From Dickeya dadantii NCPPB 898 (GTDB lineage: Bacteria > Pseudomonadota > Gammaproteobacteria > Enterobacterales > Enterobacteriaceae): a stretch of 32,000 nucleotides of DNA. The stretch covers positions 4,237,472 through 4,269,471 of the forward strand of contig NZ_CM001976.1 in the NCBI RefSeq assembly GCF_000406145.1, written 5' to 3'. The position numbers were made by a program, and so were the translations under genes. The notes under the pieces were generated by a model. The model was not told the origin of the DNA, did not search any database, and worked only from the letters and a program-made list of their open reading frames with translations. This document shows positions 1 to 14,932 of the stretch, piece by piece; position 1 is the stretch's first letter, and the number at the start of each line of letters is the position of its first letter.

Positions 1-2885
1 TCCGGACCATCCGGTGGCGCGCGGCACCGCGCAAAATCCGGATATCTACTTTCAGGAGCGGGAGTCGGTCAATCGTTTCTATCAGGCGCTGCCGGAACTG
101 GTGGAAGAGACGATGGCGCACATCAGCCGACTCACCGGCCGCGAATACCATCTGTTCAACTATTATGGCGCGCCGGACGCCGAACGCCTGATTATCGCGA
201 TGGGCTCGGTATGCGAAACCATCGCGGAAACCGTCGATTACCTCAACCAGCGCGGGGAAAAGGTCGGGCTGCTGACCGTGCACCTGTACCGCCCGTTCTC
301 GCTGACGCATTTTTTTTGCCGCCATCCCGCCCACGGTGCAACGCATCGCGGTGCTGGACCGCACCAAGGAGCCGGGCGCGCAGGCTGAACCGCTGTATCT
401 GGACGTCAAAAACGCCTTCTATAACCACGACGCCCGGCCGCTGATCGTCGGCGGCCGTTATGCGCTGGGCGGCAAAGACATCGCGCCGACGCATATCGCC
501 GCGGTGTTTACCAACCTGCTGCACCCGATGCCGCAGGACGGTTTTACCGTCGGCATCGTGGACGACGTGACCCACAGCTCGCTGCCGCTGCCGGTCGACG
601 ACATCGACACCGCGCCTGAAGGCACCACCGCCTGCAAGTTCTGGGGGCTGGGTTCCGACGGCACGGTGGGCGCCAACAAAAGCGCCATCAAGATCATCGG
701 CGACCAGACGCCGATGTACGCGCAGGCCTATTTCTCCTACGACTCGAAAAAATCCGGCGGCATTACCGTCTCGCACCTGCGTTTCGGCACCCAGCCGATT
801 ACCTCGCCGTACCTGATTCGCAACGCCGATTTCATCGCCTGCTCGCAGCAATCCTACGTGGAGAAATACGACCTGCTGGCAGGGTTGAAACCCGGCGGCA
901 CCTTCCTGCTTAACTGCACCTGGAGCCAGGCGGCGCTGGAAGACGCGCTGCCGGCGGCGATGAAACGCTATCTGGCGCACAACCAGATCCGCTTCTACGT
1001 GGTCAACGCGGTGGATATCGCCCAACAGCTCGGGCTTAGCGGCCGCTTCAACATGATTATGCAGGCGGCGTTCTTCAAGCTGACCGGGATCATCCCCGCC
1101 GACACCGCCGCCGACTACCTGAAAAGCGCCGTCGCCCTGTCCTACGGTAAGAAAGGCCAGCACGTGGTGGCGATGAATCAGGCCGCCATCGATCAGGGCA
1201 TGCTAGCGCCGGTTCAGGTCACGATTCCGACGCACTGGGCCGACCTGCCGGAACCGACGGTCGCTGCCGCCGCGCTGCCCGAGTTTATCCGGCGCATTCT
1301 GACGCCGATGAACCGGCAGGAAGGCGATAGCCTGCCGGTCAGCGCCTTTGCCGGCATGGAAGACGGCACCTTTCCGCTCGGCACCGCGGCGTTTGAGAAA
1401 CGCGGCATCGCCATCAGCGTGCCCGCCTGGCAGCCGGAAGGCTGCACCCAGTGCAACCAGTGCGCGTTTATCTGCCCGCACGCCGCCATCCGCCCGGCGC
1501 TGTTGACCGACGAGGAGCGCACGCTGGCGCCCGACACCCTGCTCAGCAAACCGGCCACCGGCGCCAAAACCCTGCACTATCATCTGGCGGTGTCGCCGCT
1601 GGACTGCTCCGGCTGCGGCAACTGCGTGGATATCTGCCCGTCGCGCGGCAAATCGCTGACCATGCAACCGCTGGCGTCGCAGCAACCCAAAATCGCGCAG
1701 TGGGAACAGGTGCTCGGCCTGCCGCCCAAGCCGAACCCGTTCAATAAAACCACCGTCAAGGGCAGCCAGTTCGAGACACCGCTGCTGGAGTTCTCCGGTG
1801 CCTGCGCCGGGTGCGGCGAAACCCCGTACGCCCGGCTGGTGACCCAGCTGTTTGGCGACCGCATGTTGATCGCCAACGCCACCGGCTGTTCCTCCATCTG
1901 GGGCGCCAGCGCGCCGTCCATCCCTTATACCGCCAACCACCGTGGACACGGCCCCGCCTGGGCCAACTCGCTGTTTGAGGACAACGCCGAATTCGGGCTG
2001 GGGATGCTGCTTGGCGGCAACGCCATCCGCGAACAGCTGGCCGGCGACGCCGCCACGGCGCTGATGCAGCCGCTCAGCCCGGCGCTGACCGACGCGCTCA
2101 ATCTGTGGCTGGAGCTGAAAGACCGCGGCGACGGCACCCGCGAGCGGGCCGATCACGTCATCGCCCTGCTTGAGCGTGAAAAGGGCGACGACCCGTTGCT
2201 CAACCGTCTCTACCAAAACCGGGATTACCTCGCCAAACGCTCGCAGTGGATTTTCGGCGGCGACGGCTGGGCTTACGACATCGGCTTCGGCGGGCTGGAC
2301 CATGTGCTGGCCTCCGGCGAGGATATTAACGTGCTGGTGTTCGATACCGAGGTCTATTCCAACACCGGCGGCCAGTCGTCCAAATCCACCCCGGCGGCGG
2401 CGATGGCGAAATTCGCCGCCGAAGGCAAACGCACCCGCAAGAAAGACCTCGGCCTGATGGCGATGAGTTACGGCTACGTGTACGTGGCGCAGGTAGCGAT
2501 GGGCGCGGACAAAGCGCAAACGCTGCGCGCCATCGCCGAAGCGGAAGCCCACCCCGGCCCGTCGCTGATCATTGCCTACGCCGCCTGTATCAACCACGGC
2601 CTGAAAGCCGGCATGGGGTGCAGCCAGCGGGAAACCCAAAAGGCGGTGGAGTCGGGATACTGGAACCTGTACCGCTTCAACCCGCAGTTGCAGGCGGCAG
2701 GCAAAAACCCGTTCACGCTGGATTCCGACGAACCGGAAGCCGATTTCCAGGACTTCCTGATGGGCGAAGTGCGCTACAGCGCGTTACAGCGCCAATACCC
2801 GGAGCTGGCAAGCCAGTTGTTCGCCAAAACCGAGCAGGACGCCAAAGCGCGTTTCGAGCGGTACAAACGTCTGGCGGAGGGGTAA
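1..2885 (+). pseudogene. nifJ: Pyruvate:flavodoxin/ferredoxin oxidoreductase (NifJ/YdbK-type PFOR). The 5' end lies outside the window and the frame is broken by one extra T in a T8 run (310-317).
   Basis: Frame 2 from the window edge reads PDHPVARGTAQNPDIYFQ...LLTVHLYRPFSLTHFF and then runs into nonsense, stopping at 388. Frame 3 continues AAIPPTVQRIAVLDRTKEPGAQAEPLYLDV... to TAA at 2883-2885. Joined at the T run, the two parts are colinear with E. coli YdbK without a gap. Two ferredoxin-type motifs (CTQCNQCAFICP, CSGCGNCVDICP) and the TPP motif GDGWAYDIGFGG are present. Confidence 0.85.
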
Positions 2886-3007
2886 CTCCGCCACAACAGC
2901 CGGGAACATGCGGTACTGAGAGCCTCTTAAACAGGGATGTTTTTTCAGGACATTCGAGATCGGTAGCCTCTGGCAACGTGGAAAGGGTTGCTTTCATCCG
3001 CCAGAAA

Positions 3008-3035
3008 CAAAAAAACCACCTTTCGGTGGTTTTCT
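3008..3035 (-). terminator. Rho-independent terminator downstream of tRNA-Gly
   Basis: The stem is AAAACCACC (3012-3020) / GGTGGTTTT (3025-3033) with loop TTTC. On the minus strand it is followed by a T run (complement of the A run at 3009-3015). It lies about 35 nt 3' of the tRNA. Confidence 0.75.
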
Positions 3036-3069
3036 GCATTATGCAGACATTCATCTGCACAACTGAATT

Positions 3070-3145
<76 letters not shown>

Positions 3146-3186
3146 TTGGGTGAGTCATAACGCGGCACGGTGTGCTGTCGTTATGT

Positions 3187-3221
3187 GGGGCGCATTATAC
3201 GAAAAACGTTTCGTCTCGCAA
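3187..3221 (-). promoter_or_regulatory. Candidate sigma70 promoter for tRNA-Gly with a GC-rich discriminator
   Basis: The minus strand reads TTGCGA (3221-3216), a 16 nt spacer, TATAAT (3199-3194), then GCGCCCC. An A/T-rich block (CATTTTTCATTTAA) sits immediately upstream, like an UP element. The predicted start is about 40 nt before the mature tRNA 5' end. Confidence 0.55.
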
Positions 3222-3328
3222 CCCCTTAAATGAAAAATGCGGTTCAACCGCTGACAAAACCGGCAGCTCGCAGAAAAAAACCACTACCTGCCGATTTTCC
3301 ACTCGGCCCTGGGTACAAGTTTCCCGCA

Positions 3329-3871
3329 CTACAACTGAATGAAATGCTCGCGGTAGTAAGCCAGTTCCGCCACCGACTCGCGGATATCGTCCAGCGCCTG
3401 ATGGGTGTTGCGCTTTTTGAACCCGGCCAGCATCTCCGGTTTCCAGCGGCGCGCCAGTTCCTTAAGCGTGCTGACGTCCAGATAACGGTAGTGGAAGTAA
3501 GCTTCCAGTTCCGGCATGTAACGGAACAGAAAACGGCGATCCTGCCCGATGCTGTTGCCGCAAATCGGCGATTTGCCCGCCGGCACCCACTGCTGCAGGA
3601 ACGCGATGGTTTCCCGTTCCGCGGCGCCTTCGTCAAAAGCGCTGGCTTTAACCCGATCCACCAGCCCGCTGGCGGTGTGAGTGCGCACGTTCCAGTCATC
3701 CATCAGCGCTAGCTGGCTGTCCGGCTGATGCACCGCCAGCGTCGGGCCTTCCGCCAGTACGTTCAGGTTGGCATCGGTCACCAGCGTTGCGATCTCGATG
3801 ATCCGATCCCGCTCGGGATCAAGCCCCGTCATTTCCAAATCGATCCAGATCAGGTTGTTTTCATTTACCAT
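3329..3871 (-). CDS. orn: Oligoribonuclease
   Basis: The translation [43 protein letters not shown]... is near-identical to E. coli Orn (DEDDh exonuclease). The tracked ORF begins 5 codons earlier (3886), but the orthologue alignment favours the ATG at 3871. Confidence 0.93.
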   Translation of the reverse strand: MVNENNLIWIDLEMTGLDPERDRIIEIATLVTDANLNVLAEGPTLAVHQPDSQLALMDDWNVRTHTASGLVDRVKASAFDEGAAERETIAFLQQWVPAGKSPICGNSIGQDRRFLFRYMPELEAYFHYRYLDVSTLKELARRWKPEMLAGFKKRNTHQALDDIRESVAELAYYREHFIQL

Positions 3872-4006
3872 CGTCGCCATTCCCATCGGGTTTCGCCGTC
3901 AGCGGGCTATCCAGCCCTGCCGGCGGCGGTTAATTAAAATAAAATAGCGTGTATTATAGTCGCTTCCATCGCCACCGGCGATAAGCGCCGAACCAAGAGA
4001 GACTGC

Positions 4007-5056
4007 GTGAGTAAAAAGAAACTGTCAAAAGGTCAGCAACGGCGGGTCAGCGCCAACCATCAGCGCCGCCTGAAACATGCCGACAGCAAGGTCGAGTGGG
4101 ATGACAGCCAACTGAGCGAACCGCAGGAAGGCGTCATCATCAGCCGTTTCGGCATGCACGCCGATGTGGAAGCGCCGGACGGCAAGCTGCACCGCTGCAA
4201 CATTCGCCGCACTATCCACTCACTGGTCACCGGCGATCGGGTGGTCTGGCGCGCCGGCAACGAAACGCTGGCCGGCATCAGCGGCATCGTCGAAGCGGTG
4301 CATCCGCGCCAGTCGGTGTTGACCCGCCCGGACTACTATGACGGTCTCAAACCCATCGCCGCCAACATCGACCAGATTGTGATTGTCTCCGCCATTCTGC
4401 CGGAGCTGTCGCTCAATATTATCGATCGCTATCTGGTGGCCTGCGAAACGCTGGAAATCGAGCCGCTGATCGTGCTCAACAAAATCGACCTGCTGGATGA
4501 CGAAGGCCGGGCGTTTGTGGAAGAGGTGATGGATATCTATCGCGCGCTGCATTACCGGGTGTTGATGATGTCCAGCCACACCCAGCAGGGCGTCGCCGAG
4601 CTGGAGGCCGCGCTGACCGGCCGGGTCAGTATCTTCGCCGGGCAGTCCGGCGTCGGCAAATCAAGCCTGCTCAACGCGCTGCTCTACCCTGACGATGCAC
4701 AAATTCTGGTCAACGACGTCTCCGACGCCTCCGGGCTGGGCCAGCACACCACTACCGCCGCGCGTCTGTACCATTTCCCGCACGGCGGCGATGTTATCGA
4801 CTCGCCGGGCGTGCGCGAGTTCGGGCTGTGGCACCTGGAGCCGGAACAGGTGACGCGCGGGTTTATCGAGTTTCGCGACTACCTGGGCAGTTGTAAATTC
4901 CGCGACTGCAAACACGACACCGACCCCGGCTGCGCCATTCGCGCCGCGCTGGAACGCGGGGAGATCGCGCCGGAGCGTTTCGACAATTACCACCGCATCC
5001 TTGAGAGCATGGCGCAGGTAAAAACGCGTAAATCCTTTTCTGCTCCGGATAACTGA
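4007..5056 (+). CDS. rsgA: Ribosome small-subunit-dependent GTPase A (YjeQ)
   Basis: GTG start. The N-terminus [23 protein letters not shown] matches E. coli RsgA. It has a circularly permuted GTPase (NKIDLL followed by [14 protein letters not shown]) and a C-terminal zinc knuckle [14 protein letters not shown]. Confidence 0.95.
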   Translation: MSKKKLSKGQQRRVSANHQRRLKHADSKVEWDDSQLSEPQEGVIISRFGMHADVEAPDGKLHRCNIRRTIHSLVTGDRVVWRAGNETLAGISGIVEAVHPRQSVLTRPDYYDGLKPIAANIDQIVIVSAILPELSLNIIDRYLVACETLEIEPLIVLNKIDLLDDEGRAFVEEVMDIYRALHYRVLMMSSHTQQGVAELEAALTGRVSIFAGQSGVGKSSLLNALLYPDDAQILVNDVSDASGLGQHTTTAARLYHFPHGGDVIDSPGVREFGLWHLEPEQVTRGFIEFRDYLGSCKFRDCKHDTDPGCAIRAALERGEIAPERFDNYHRILESMAQVKTRKSFSAPDN

Positions 5057-5127
5057 CATTTATCGTATCCACCGCTACAATGCGCCCCTTTTTACGGCGT
5101 ACCCTTAAAAAAACAACGAGGCCCACT

Positions 5128-6042
5128 GTGCTGGACAGAATCAAGATTGCTCTACAACATCTGCTCCCGAAGGTTTGGCTGACGCAGCTAGCCGGTTGGG
5201 GAGCCGACCGCCAGGCCGGTATGCTCACCAAACTGGTGATCGACCTGTTTGCCCGCATCTACAAGGTCAATATGCAGGAAGCGCAACAACCGGACACCGC
5301 GTCCTACCACTCGTTCAACGACTTCTTTGTGCGCCCGCTGAAACCCGGCATTCGCCCGGTAGACCCGTTGCCGAACCGGCTGGTGTTTCCCGCCGACGGT
5401 GCCATCTCCCAGTTGGGCGCCATTGACGACGACCGGATCCTGCAGGCCAAACAGCACGACTACACGCTGGAAGCGCTGCTGGCCGGCAACTACATCATCT
5501 CCGACCTGTTTCGCGACGGCCTGTTCGTCACCACTTATCTCTCCCCGCGTGATTACCACCGCGTCCACATGCCGTGCGACGGCATTTTGCGCGACATGAT
5601 TTACGTGCCGGGCGACCTGTTTTCGGTCAACCCGCTGACCGCCGCCAACGTGCCGAATCTGTTTGCCCGCAACGAGCGCGTGATCTGTCTGTTCGATACG
5701 CCGTTCGGCCCGATGGTGCAGATTCTGGTCGGCGCCACCATCGTCGGCAGCATCGAAACCGTCTGGGCGGGAGTGGTCACGCCGCCGCGTGAAGGCATCA
5801 TCAAACGTTGGGCCTATCCGATGGAAGGCGAAGGCGCCGTTATCCTGGAGAAAGGCGACGAGATGGGGCGCTTCAAACTCGGCTCCACGGTGATTAACCT
5901 GTTTGCCAAAGACCGTGTGCAGTTGATGCCCGGACTGGCCAGCCAAAGCGTAACCCGCATGGGTGAAGCCATGGCTGAAGCGCTGGATGAGGACATTCTG
6001 GCACGCATGAGCGCCAACGACGACACTGATACCACCCCCTGA
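5128..6042 (+). CDS. psd: Phosphatidylserine decarboxylase proenzyme
   Basis: The sequence [26 protein letters not shown]... aligns with the E. coli Psd N-terminus. The GTG at 5128 is preceded by GAGG at 5117-5120. The self-cleavage motif [11 protein letters not shown] is present. The tracked ORF start at 5080 adds 16 non-homologous residues. Confidence 0.92.
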   Translation: MLDRIKIALQHLLPKVWLTQLAGWGADRQAGMLTKLVIDLFARIYKVNMQEAQQPDTASYHSFNDFFVRPLKPGIRPVDPLPNRLVFPADGAISQLGAIDDDRILQAKQHDYTLEALLAGNYIISDLFRDGLFVTTYLSPRDYHRVHMPCDGILRDMIYVPGDLFSVNPLTAANVPNLFARNERVICLFDTPFGPMVQILVGATIVGSIETVWAGVVTPPREGIIKRWAYPMEGEGAVILEKGDEMGRFKLGSTVINLFAKDRVQLMPGLASQSVTRMGEAMAEALDEDILARMSANDDTDTTP

Positions 6043-6071
6043 CCCCATCAACACGCCTGAGGAGGCCAGCC

Positions 6072-9395
<3,324 letters not shown>

Positions 9396-9429
9396 TTCCT
9401 CTTAAGCGGATTGTAATTTCTTAGAAAAA

Positions 9430-9464
9430 GAAAACCACGGTAAGCGATGGCTTCCGTGGTTTTC
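9430..9464. terminator. Bidirectional hairpin terminator between convergent mscM and epmA
   Basis: GAAAACCACGG (9430-9440) pairs with CCGTGGTTTTC (9454-9464). The hairpin is flanked by an A run on the left and T-rich sequence on the right. Confidence 0.7.
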
Positions 9465-9500
9465 TGTCATCCCTAAGTCATTAAGAATGAAAAAGCGATG

Positions 9501-10478
9501 TCAGGCGCGATCGACCGTAAACGCCATCACCTCGCCGATAGACTCGGCGTTCAGCGCCATCATCACCAGACGATCAACGCCCAGCGCCACGCCGGAACAC
9601 GGCGGGATGCCGGCTTCCAGCGCCGCCAGCAGGTTTTCGTCGATCGGTTGCACCGGCAGGCCGCGTGCCGCGCGCTTGCGGTTATCCTGCTCGAAACGCT
9701 GACGCTGCTCTTTACTGTCGGTCAGTTCGCAGAAACCGTTAGCCAGTTCGATGCCTTTGTAATAGACCTCGAAACGCTCCGCCACCCGGTGATCCTCGGT
9801 GCTGATTTCCGCCAGCGCCGCCTGCGTCGCCGGGAAATGGTAGACAAACGCCGGTTTGTCGCGGCCGATGTGCGGCTCCACGCCAAACGCGAACAGCAGT
9901 TGCAGCAGGGTATCGCGATCCTCTTCCCGGCCGGCGACATCCCCCACGCCGATTTTCTCCGCCGCGTCACGCAGTTGCGCCTTGTCCGCCGACAGCGGAT
10001 CCACCTCCAGATGACGCTGGAACGCCTGCTGATAGGAAAGCATCTCCGCGCTATCGCACTCCAGCACCTGTTGCAGCAGGTCATCCATTTCGTTCATCAG
10101 CCGGTACATATCGTAGTGCGGGCGATACCACTCCAGCATAGTGAACTCAGGGTTGTGATAACGGCCGGACTCTTCGTTGCGGAAACTGCGGCACAGTTGG
10201 TAAATCGGCCCGCTGCCCGCCGCCAGCAGGCGTTTCATGTGGTATTCCGGGCTGGTCATCAGATACAGCGCCATGCCATCGGCGGCGCCGGGGCCGACAA
10301 AGTGGGTCTGGAACGGGAACAGATGCACATCCGTCACCGTCGCCTGGCTCATGGCCGGCGTTTCCACCTCCAGCACGCCGCGGTCTGAGAAGAAACACCG
10401 GATTTCTTTCATTATCGACGCCCGCTTCAACAGATTGGCGACAGGGGCGCTGGGCTGCCAACTTGCCGTTTCGCTCAT
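9501..10478 (-). CDS. epmA: EF-P (R)-beta-lysine ligase (PoxA/GenX/YjeA, LysRS paralogue)
   Basis: The translation [41 protein letters not shown]...FTVDRA is colinear with the 325 aa E. coli EpmA. The tracked ORF start at 10538 adds 20 non-homologous residues. Confidence 0.94.
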   Translation of the reverse strand: MSETASWQPSAPVANLLKRASIMKEIRCFFSDRGVLEVETPAMSQATVTDVHLFPFQTHFVGPGAADGMALYLMTSPEYHMKRLLAAGSGPIYQLCRSFRNEESGRYHNPEFTMLEWYRPHYDMYRLMNEMDDLLQQVLECDSAEMLSYQQAFQRHLEVDPLSADKAQLRDAAEKIGVGDVAGREEDRDTLLQLLFAFGVEPHIGRDKPAFVYHFPATQAALAEISTEDHRVAERFEVYYKGIELANGFCELTDSKEQRQRFEQDNRKRAARGLPVQPIDENLLAALEAGIPPCSGVALGVDRLVMMALNAESIGEVMAFTVDRA

Positions 10479-10741
10479 GATTTCCACTCCACACTCAAAC
10501 TGGAGGTGCAGTCTACCCGCATCACCACAACCAGACAAATTTATCCCGCGAAAGGTTTTCCTCTATATTGGCAAGCGACTATTTAGCTTACCTACATTCA
10601 TAATTACGGTGCACGATCCTGACCATTCACCTGGTTGCCGTCTTCCCGTAACTTGAATTATTTAGGGTATGAAAGCGTTATTTGCGGATAAATCACAATT
10701 TCCGAAATATGTCCGTATAGATATTAAAAAACAGCAAAATA

Positions 10742-10791
10742 CTGGATCACATCAAATTTCAGACATCTGCAAATCGCTATAATCATTTCCA
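10742..10791 (+). promoter_or_regulatory. Candidate FNR-dependent class II promoter of frdABCD
   Basis: A partial FNR box cTGgaTCACATCAA (10742-10755) has a perfect ATCAA right half. Its centre is 41.5 nt upstream of the start predicted from TATAAT at 10778-10783. There is no good -35 hexamer, which is typical of activator-dependent promoters. The block TCAAATTTCAGAC resembles the E. coli frdA promoter as I recall it. Confidence 0.4.
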
Positions 10792-10951
10792 TACAAAAAA
10801 AGGGTGATTGACTCTCTCTTTATAGGTAGTTCGGATATTTTTTCACTCGATTTAATGTCTTGGAAATTAAAACGGAAAATAAGTGACTAGACTGAATTGC
10901 ATATTATTTTCTTAATTTAATTTATTTAACTTAAGTAACTGGAGGCATGCA

Positions 10952-12748
10952 GTGCAAACCTTTAATGCCGATTTGGCCATTATCGGGGCCGGGGGAGCAG
11001 GTTTACGGGCCGCGATTGCTGCGGCACAAGCAAATCCCCAACTCAAGATTGCGCTGATTTCCAAAGTCTACCCGATGCGCAGCCACACCGTGGCCGCAGA
11101 GGGGGGATCGGCGGCGGTCACACAAGATCACGATAGCTTCGACTTCCACTTTCACGACACCGTGGCCGGAGGCGACTGGCTGTGTGAACAGGACGTGGTG
11201 GACCACTTCGTGCAACAGTGCCCGCGCGAAATGACCCAGCTTGAACAGTGGGGCTGTCCGTGGAGCCGCAAGCCGGACGGCTCGGTCAACGTGCGCCGTT
11301 TCGGCGGGATGAAGATCGAACGCACCTGGTTCGCCGCGGATAAAACCGGCTTCCACATGCTGCACACCCTGTTCCAGACCTCGCTGAAATACCCGCAGAT
11401 TCAGCGTTTCGACGAGCATTTCGTACTGGATATTCTGGTGGATGACGGGCACGCCCGCGGGGTCGTCGCCATCAACATGATGGAAGGGTCGCTGATTCAG
11501 ATTCGCGCCAACGCCATCGTGATGGCTACCGGCGGCGCCGGTCGCGTCTATCGCTACAACACCAACGGCGGCATCGTTACCGGCGACGGCATGGGCATGG
11601 CCTTCCGCCACGGCGTACCGCTGCGCGACATGGAATTCGTACAGTACCACCCTACCGGCCTGCCGGGTTCCGGTATTCTGATGACCGAAGGCTGCCGCGG
11701 TGAAGGCGGTATCATGGTCAACAAAGACGGCTACCGCTATCTGCAAGACTACGGCCTCGGGCCGGAAACGCCGCTGGGCGAGCCGAAAAACAAATACATG
11801 GAACTGGGGCCGCGCGATAAAGTGTCGCAGGCTTTCTGGCACGAATGGCGCGCCGGGCGCACCGTGCCCACCCCGCTGGGCGACGTGGTCTACCTCGACC
11901 TACGCCATCTGGGCGAGAAGAAACTGAAAGAACGTCTGCCGTTCATTTGCGAACTGGCGAAAGCCTACGTCGGCGTCGACCCGGTGAAAGAGCCGATTCC
12001 GATTCGCCCCACCGCGCACTACACCATGGGCGGCATCGAAACCGATCAGCAGTGTGAAACCCGTATTCAGGGCCTGTTCGCCGTCGGCGAATGTTCGTCC
12101 GTCGGTCTGCACGGCGCCAATCGTCTCGGTTCCAACTCGCTGGCGGAACTGGTGGTGTTCGGCCGCGTCGCCGGTGAAAAAGCAGTGGAACGCTCGCAGT
12201 CCGCAGCGCCGGCCAACGCCAGCGCGCTGGATGCGCAGGCCAATGACGTGGAGCAGCGCCTGCACGCATTGATGAAGCAGGAAGGCACCGAAAGCTGGGC
12301 CAAAATCCGCGACGAAATGGGGCTGTCAATGGAAGAAGGCTGCGGTATTTACCGCACCACCGACCTGATGCAGAAAACCGTCGACAAACTGGCGGAACTG
12401 AAAGAGCGCTTCAAGCGCGTGAAGATCACCGACCGCTCCAGCGTGTTCAACACCGATCTGCTCTACACCATCGAACTGGGCCACAGTCTGGACGTTGCCG
12501 AGTGTATGGCGCATTCCGCCATCAACCGCAAAGAGTCACGCGGTGCGCATCAGCGTCTGGACGAAGGCTGCACCGAGCGTGACGACGTCAACTTCCTGAA
12601 GCACACGCTGGCGTTTTATAACCCGGAAGGCGCGCCTCGCCTGGAATACAGCGATGTGAAGATCACCAAGCTGCCGCCGGCGAAACGCGTTTACGGCGCC
12701 GAAGCGGAAGCTCAGGAGAAAAACAAGAAGGAGCAAGCGAATGGCTGA
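10952..12748 (+). CDS. frdA: Fumarate reductase flavoprotein subunit
   Basis: The GTG start is preceded by GGAGG. The FAD-binding N-terminus is [18 protein letters not shown], and the covalent-FAD histidine context is [10 protein letters not shown]. The protein is 598 aa and colinear with E. coli FrdA. Confidence 0.97.
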   Translation: MQTFNADLAIIGAGGAGLRAAIAAAQANPQLKIALISKVYPMRSHTVAAEGGSAAVTQDHDSFDFHFHDTVAGGDWLCEQDVVDHFVQQCPREMTQLEQWGCPWSRKPDGSVNVRRFGGMKIERTWFAADKTGFHMLHTLFQTSLKYPQIQRFDEHFVLDILVDDGHARGVVAINMMEGSLIQIRANAIVMATGGAGRVYRYNTNGGIVTGDGMGMAFRHGVPLRDMEFVQYHPTGLPGSGILMTEGCRGEGGIMVNKDGYRYLQDYGLGPETPLGEPKNKYMELGPRDKVSQAFWHEWRAGRTVPTPLGDVVYLDLRHLGEKKLKERLPFICELAKAYVGVDPVKEPIPIRPTAHYTMGGIETDQQCETRIQGLFAVGECSSVGLHGANRLGSNSLAELVVFGRVAGEKAVERSQSAAPANASALDAQANDVEQRLHALMKQEGTESWAKIRDEMGLSMEEGCGIYRTTDLMQKTVDKLAELKERFKRVKITDRSSVFNTDLLYTIELGHSLDVAECMAHSAINRKESRGAHQRLDEGCTERDDVNFLKHTLAFYNPEGAPRLEYSDVKITKLPPAKRVYGAEAEAQEKNKKEQANG

Positions 12749-13475
12749 TATGCAAACCCTGAAAATGGAAGTCATGCGCTATAACCCGGAGCAGGATAAC
12801 GCCCCGCACTTCGAAACCTACGACGTGCCGTATACCCGCGAAACCTCGCTGCTCGATGCGCTGGGCTACATCAAGGACAACCTGGCGCCGGACCTGTCTT
12901 ACCGCTGGTCCTGCCGCATGGCGATTTGCGGCTCCTGCGGCATGATGGTCAACAACGTGCCGAAGCTGGCCTGTAAAACCTTCCTGCGCGACTACACGGC
13001 CGGCATGAAGATCGAAGCGCTGGGTAACTTCCCGATCGAACGCGATCTGGTGGTGGACATGACCCACTTCATCGAAAGTCTGGAAGCCATCAAGCCGTAC
13101 ATCATCGGCAACAACCGCACGCCGGATCAGGGCCCGAACAAACAGACGCCGGCTCAGATGGCGAAATACCATCAGTTCTCAGGCTGCATCAACTGCGGGC
13201 TGTGCTACGCCGCCTGCCCGCAGTTCGGCCTGAACCCGGAGTTCATCGGTCCCGCCGCCATCACGCTGGCGCACCGTTACAACCTGGACAACCGCGACCA
13301 CGGCAAGAAAGAGCGTATGGCGCAGTTGAACAGCGACAACGGCGTCTGGTCCTGTACTTTCGTGGGTTACTGCTCCGAAGTGTGTCCGAAGCACGTCGAT
13401 CCGGCGGCGGCTATCCAGCAGGGTAAGGTGGAAAGCGCCAAAGACTTCATGATCGCCATGCTGAGACCACAATAA
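12741..13475 (+). CDS. frdB: Fumarate reductase iron-sulfur subunit
   Basis: The sequence begins [19 protein letters not shown]. Cluster motifs [26 protein letters not shown] and [12 protein letters not shown] are present. It overlaps the frdA stop by 8 nt. Confidence 0.97.
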   Translation: MADMQTLKMEVMRYNPEQDNAPHFETYDVPYTRETSLLDALGYIKDNLAPDLSYRWSCRMAICGSCGMMVNNVPKLACKTFLRDYTAGMKIEALGNFPIERDLVVDMTHFIESLEAIKPYIIGNNRTPDQGPNKQTPAQMAKYHQFSGCINCGLCYAACPQFGLNPEFIGPAAITLAHRYNLDNRDHGKKERMAQLNSDNGVWSCTFVGYCSEVCPKHVDPAAAIQQGKVESAKDFMIAMLRPQ

Positions 13476-13487
13476 GGGAGGCAACAA

Positions 13488-13883
13488 ATGATCACCAAAC
13501 GTAAAGCGTATGTCCGTGGCATGACGCCCACCTGGTGGCAGAAGCTCGGTTTCTACCGTTTCTATATGCTGCGCGAAGGCACTGCGGTGCCCGCCGTCTG
13601 GTTCAGCATCGTGCTGCTGCATGGCGTGTTTTCGCTCAAAGCCGGCCCGGAAGGCTGGAGCCAGTTTGTCGGCTTCCTGCAAAACCCGCTGGTACTGTTG
13701 CTCAACATCATCGCCTTGCTGGCGGCGGTGTTGCACACCAAGACCTGGTTCGATTTGGCGCCGAAGGCCGCCATCATCATCGTAAAAGATGAAAAAATGG
13801 GGCCGGAGCCGATCGTTAAAGGACTGTGGGCGGCCGCTGTGGTCATCACGCTGGCGGTGCTGGCCATCGCCTTGCTGTTCTGA
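13488..13883 (+). CDS. frdC: Fumarate reductase membrane anchor subunit C
   Basis: The translation [41 protein letters not shown]... is 131 aa and matches E. coli FrdC. Confidence 0.95.
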   Translation: MITKRKAYVRGMTPTWWQKLGFYRFYMLREGTAVPAVWFSIVLLHGVFSLKAGPEGWSQFVGFLQNPLVLLLNIIALLAAVLHTKTWFDLAPKAAIIIVKDEKMGPEPIVKGLWAAAVVITLAVLAIALLF

Positions 13884-13897
13884 ACAGGAGGAATCTC

Positions 13898-14254
13898 GTG
13901 ATTAATCAACAACCCAAACGTTCCGATGAACCACCGTTCTGGGGCCTGTTCGGCGCCGGCGGCATGTGGTGCGCCATGTTCGCGCCGGTTATCATCCTGC
14001 TGGTGGGCGTGCTGCTGCCGCTCGGTCTGTTCCCGCAGGCGCTGACCTACGATCGCATCGCCGCGTTCAGTCATAGCCTGATTGGCCGCGTGTTTCTGCT
14101 GCTGATGATCGTGCTGCCGCTGTGGCTCGGCCTGCACCGCATCCACCACGCCATGCACGACCTGAAAATCCATGTGCCGGCCGGTAAATGGGTGTTCTAC
14201 GGTCTGGCGGCGATCCTGTCGGTGGTGACCGTCATCGGCGTCGTGACGCTGTAA
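13898..14254 (+). CDS. frdD: Fumarate reductase membrane anchor subunit D
   Basis: The GTG at 13898 is preceded by AGGAGG (13886-13891). The translation [24 protein letters not shown]...[16 protein letters not shown] matches E. coli FrdD. The tracked ORF start at 13826 lies inside frdC. Confidence 0.93.
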   Translation: MINQQPKRSDEPPFWGLFGAGGMWCAMFAPVIILLVGVLLPLGLFPQALTYDRIAAFSHSLIGRVFLLLMIVLPLWLGLHRIHHAMHDLKIHVPAGKWVFYGLAAILSVVTVIGVVTL

Positions 14255-14275
14255 GGCGCTACCCACGTCTGCACC

Positions 14276-14299
14276 AACGGCCTGCCTGCGCAGGCCGTT
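14276..14299 (+). terminator. Hairpin downstream of frdD (frd terminator candidate)
   Basis: AACGGCCTG (14276-14284) pairs with CAGGCCGTT (14291-14299) around a 6 nt loop. It is followed by ATGCTTT, which is a weak T tract. Confidence 0.5.
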
Positions 14300-14410
14300 A
14301 TGCTTTGGGCCAGCCCCACGTCAGGCTTTATCCCTCAGCTTTTCATTGCATCTTCGCCTAGCCCTTTCTACCTTTAAAGTCGTGTTCGGACTGAAAAGGG
14401 ATCACCCGCC

Positions 14411-14932
14411 ATGACATACTGGCGCGTCATATTCACCACCGCCGTTGCGCTGTTTTCCGTTGCCTGCAGCACCACGCCGCCGCGGGGCGTTCAGGTCGTG
14501 GACAACTTCGAACTCTCCCGCTATATGGGAACCTGGTATGAAATCGCCCGACTGGACAACCGTTTCGAGCGCGGTCTGGAGCAGGTCACCGCCACCTACA
14601 GCCCGCGGGAGGACGGCGGCATCACCGTGGTTAACCGCGGTTTCGACCCGGTTAAGCGGGTCTGGCGCGAAAGTATCGGCAAGGGCTACTTCACCGGCTC
14701 GCCGCAACGTGCCGCACTGAAAGTGTCGTTCTTCGGGCCGTTTTATGGCGGTTATAACGTAATTGCGCTGGACAGCGATTATCGTTACGCGCTGGTGTGC
14801 GGGCCAAACCGAGATTATCTCTGGATTCTGTCCCGCACGCCTGAAATCAATCATCTCGTCAGGCAGGCGCTGCTGGCGACCGCCCAACGCAATGGTTTTC
14901 AGACGGACAACTTAATCTGGGCTCGCCCTTAA
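14411..14932 (+). CDS. blc: Outer-membrane lipoprotein Blc (bacterial lipocalin)
   Basis: It has a lipobox (LFSVAC) and the lipocalin motif GTWYEIARLDNRFERGLE, and continues ...LKVSFFGPFYGGYNVIALD. It is colinear with E. coli Blc. Confidence 0.93.
   Translation: MTYWRVIFTTAVALFSVACSTTPPRGVQVVDNFELSRYMGTWYEIARLDNRFERGLEQVTATYSPREDGGITVVNRGFDPVKRVWRESIGKGYFTGSPQRAALKVSFFGPFYGGYNVIALDSDYRYALVCGPNRDYLWILSRTPEINHLVRQALLATAQRNGFQTDNLIWARP

Noticed and set aside
10880-10900. AAGTGACT in the frd leader resembles the core of the ERIC/IRU repeat.
   Set aside because: Only about 8 nt match, and the rest of the ~127 bp ERIC consensus and its inverted-repeat structure are absent.
12741-12748. The 8 nt frdA/frdB overlap raised the question of a frameshift or fusion signal.
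   Set aside because: This is an ordinary translational-coupling overlap. Both proteins are full length and independently homologous to FrdA and FrdB.
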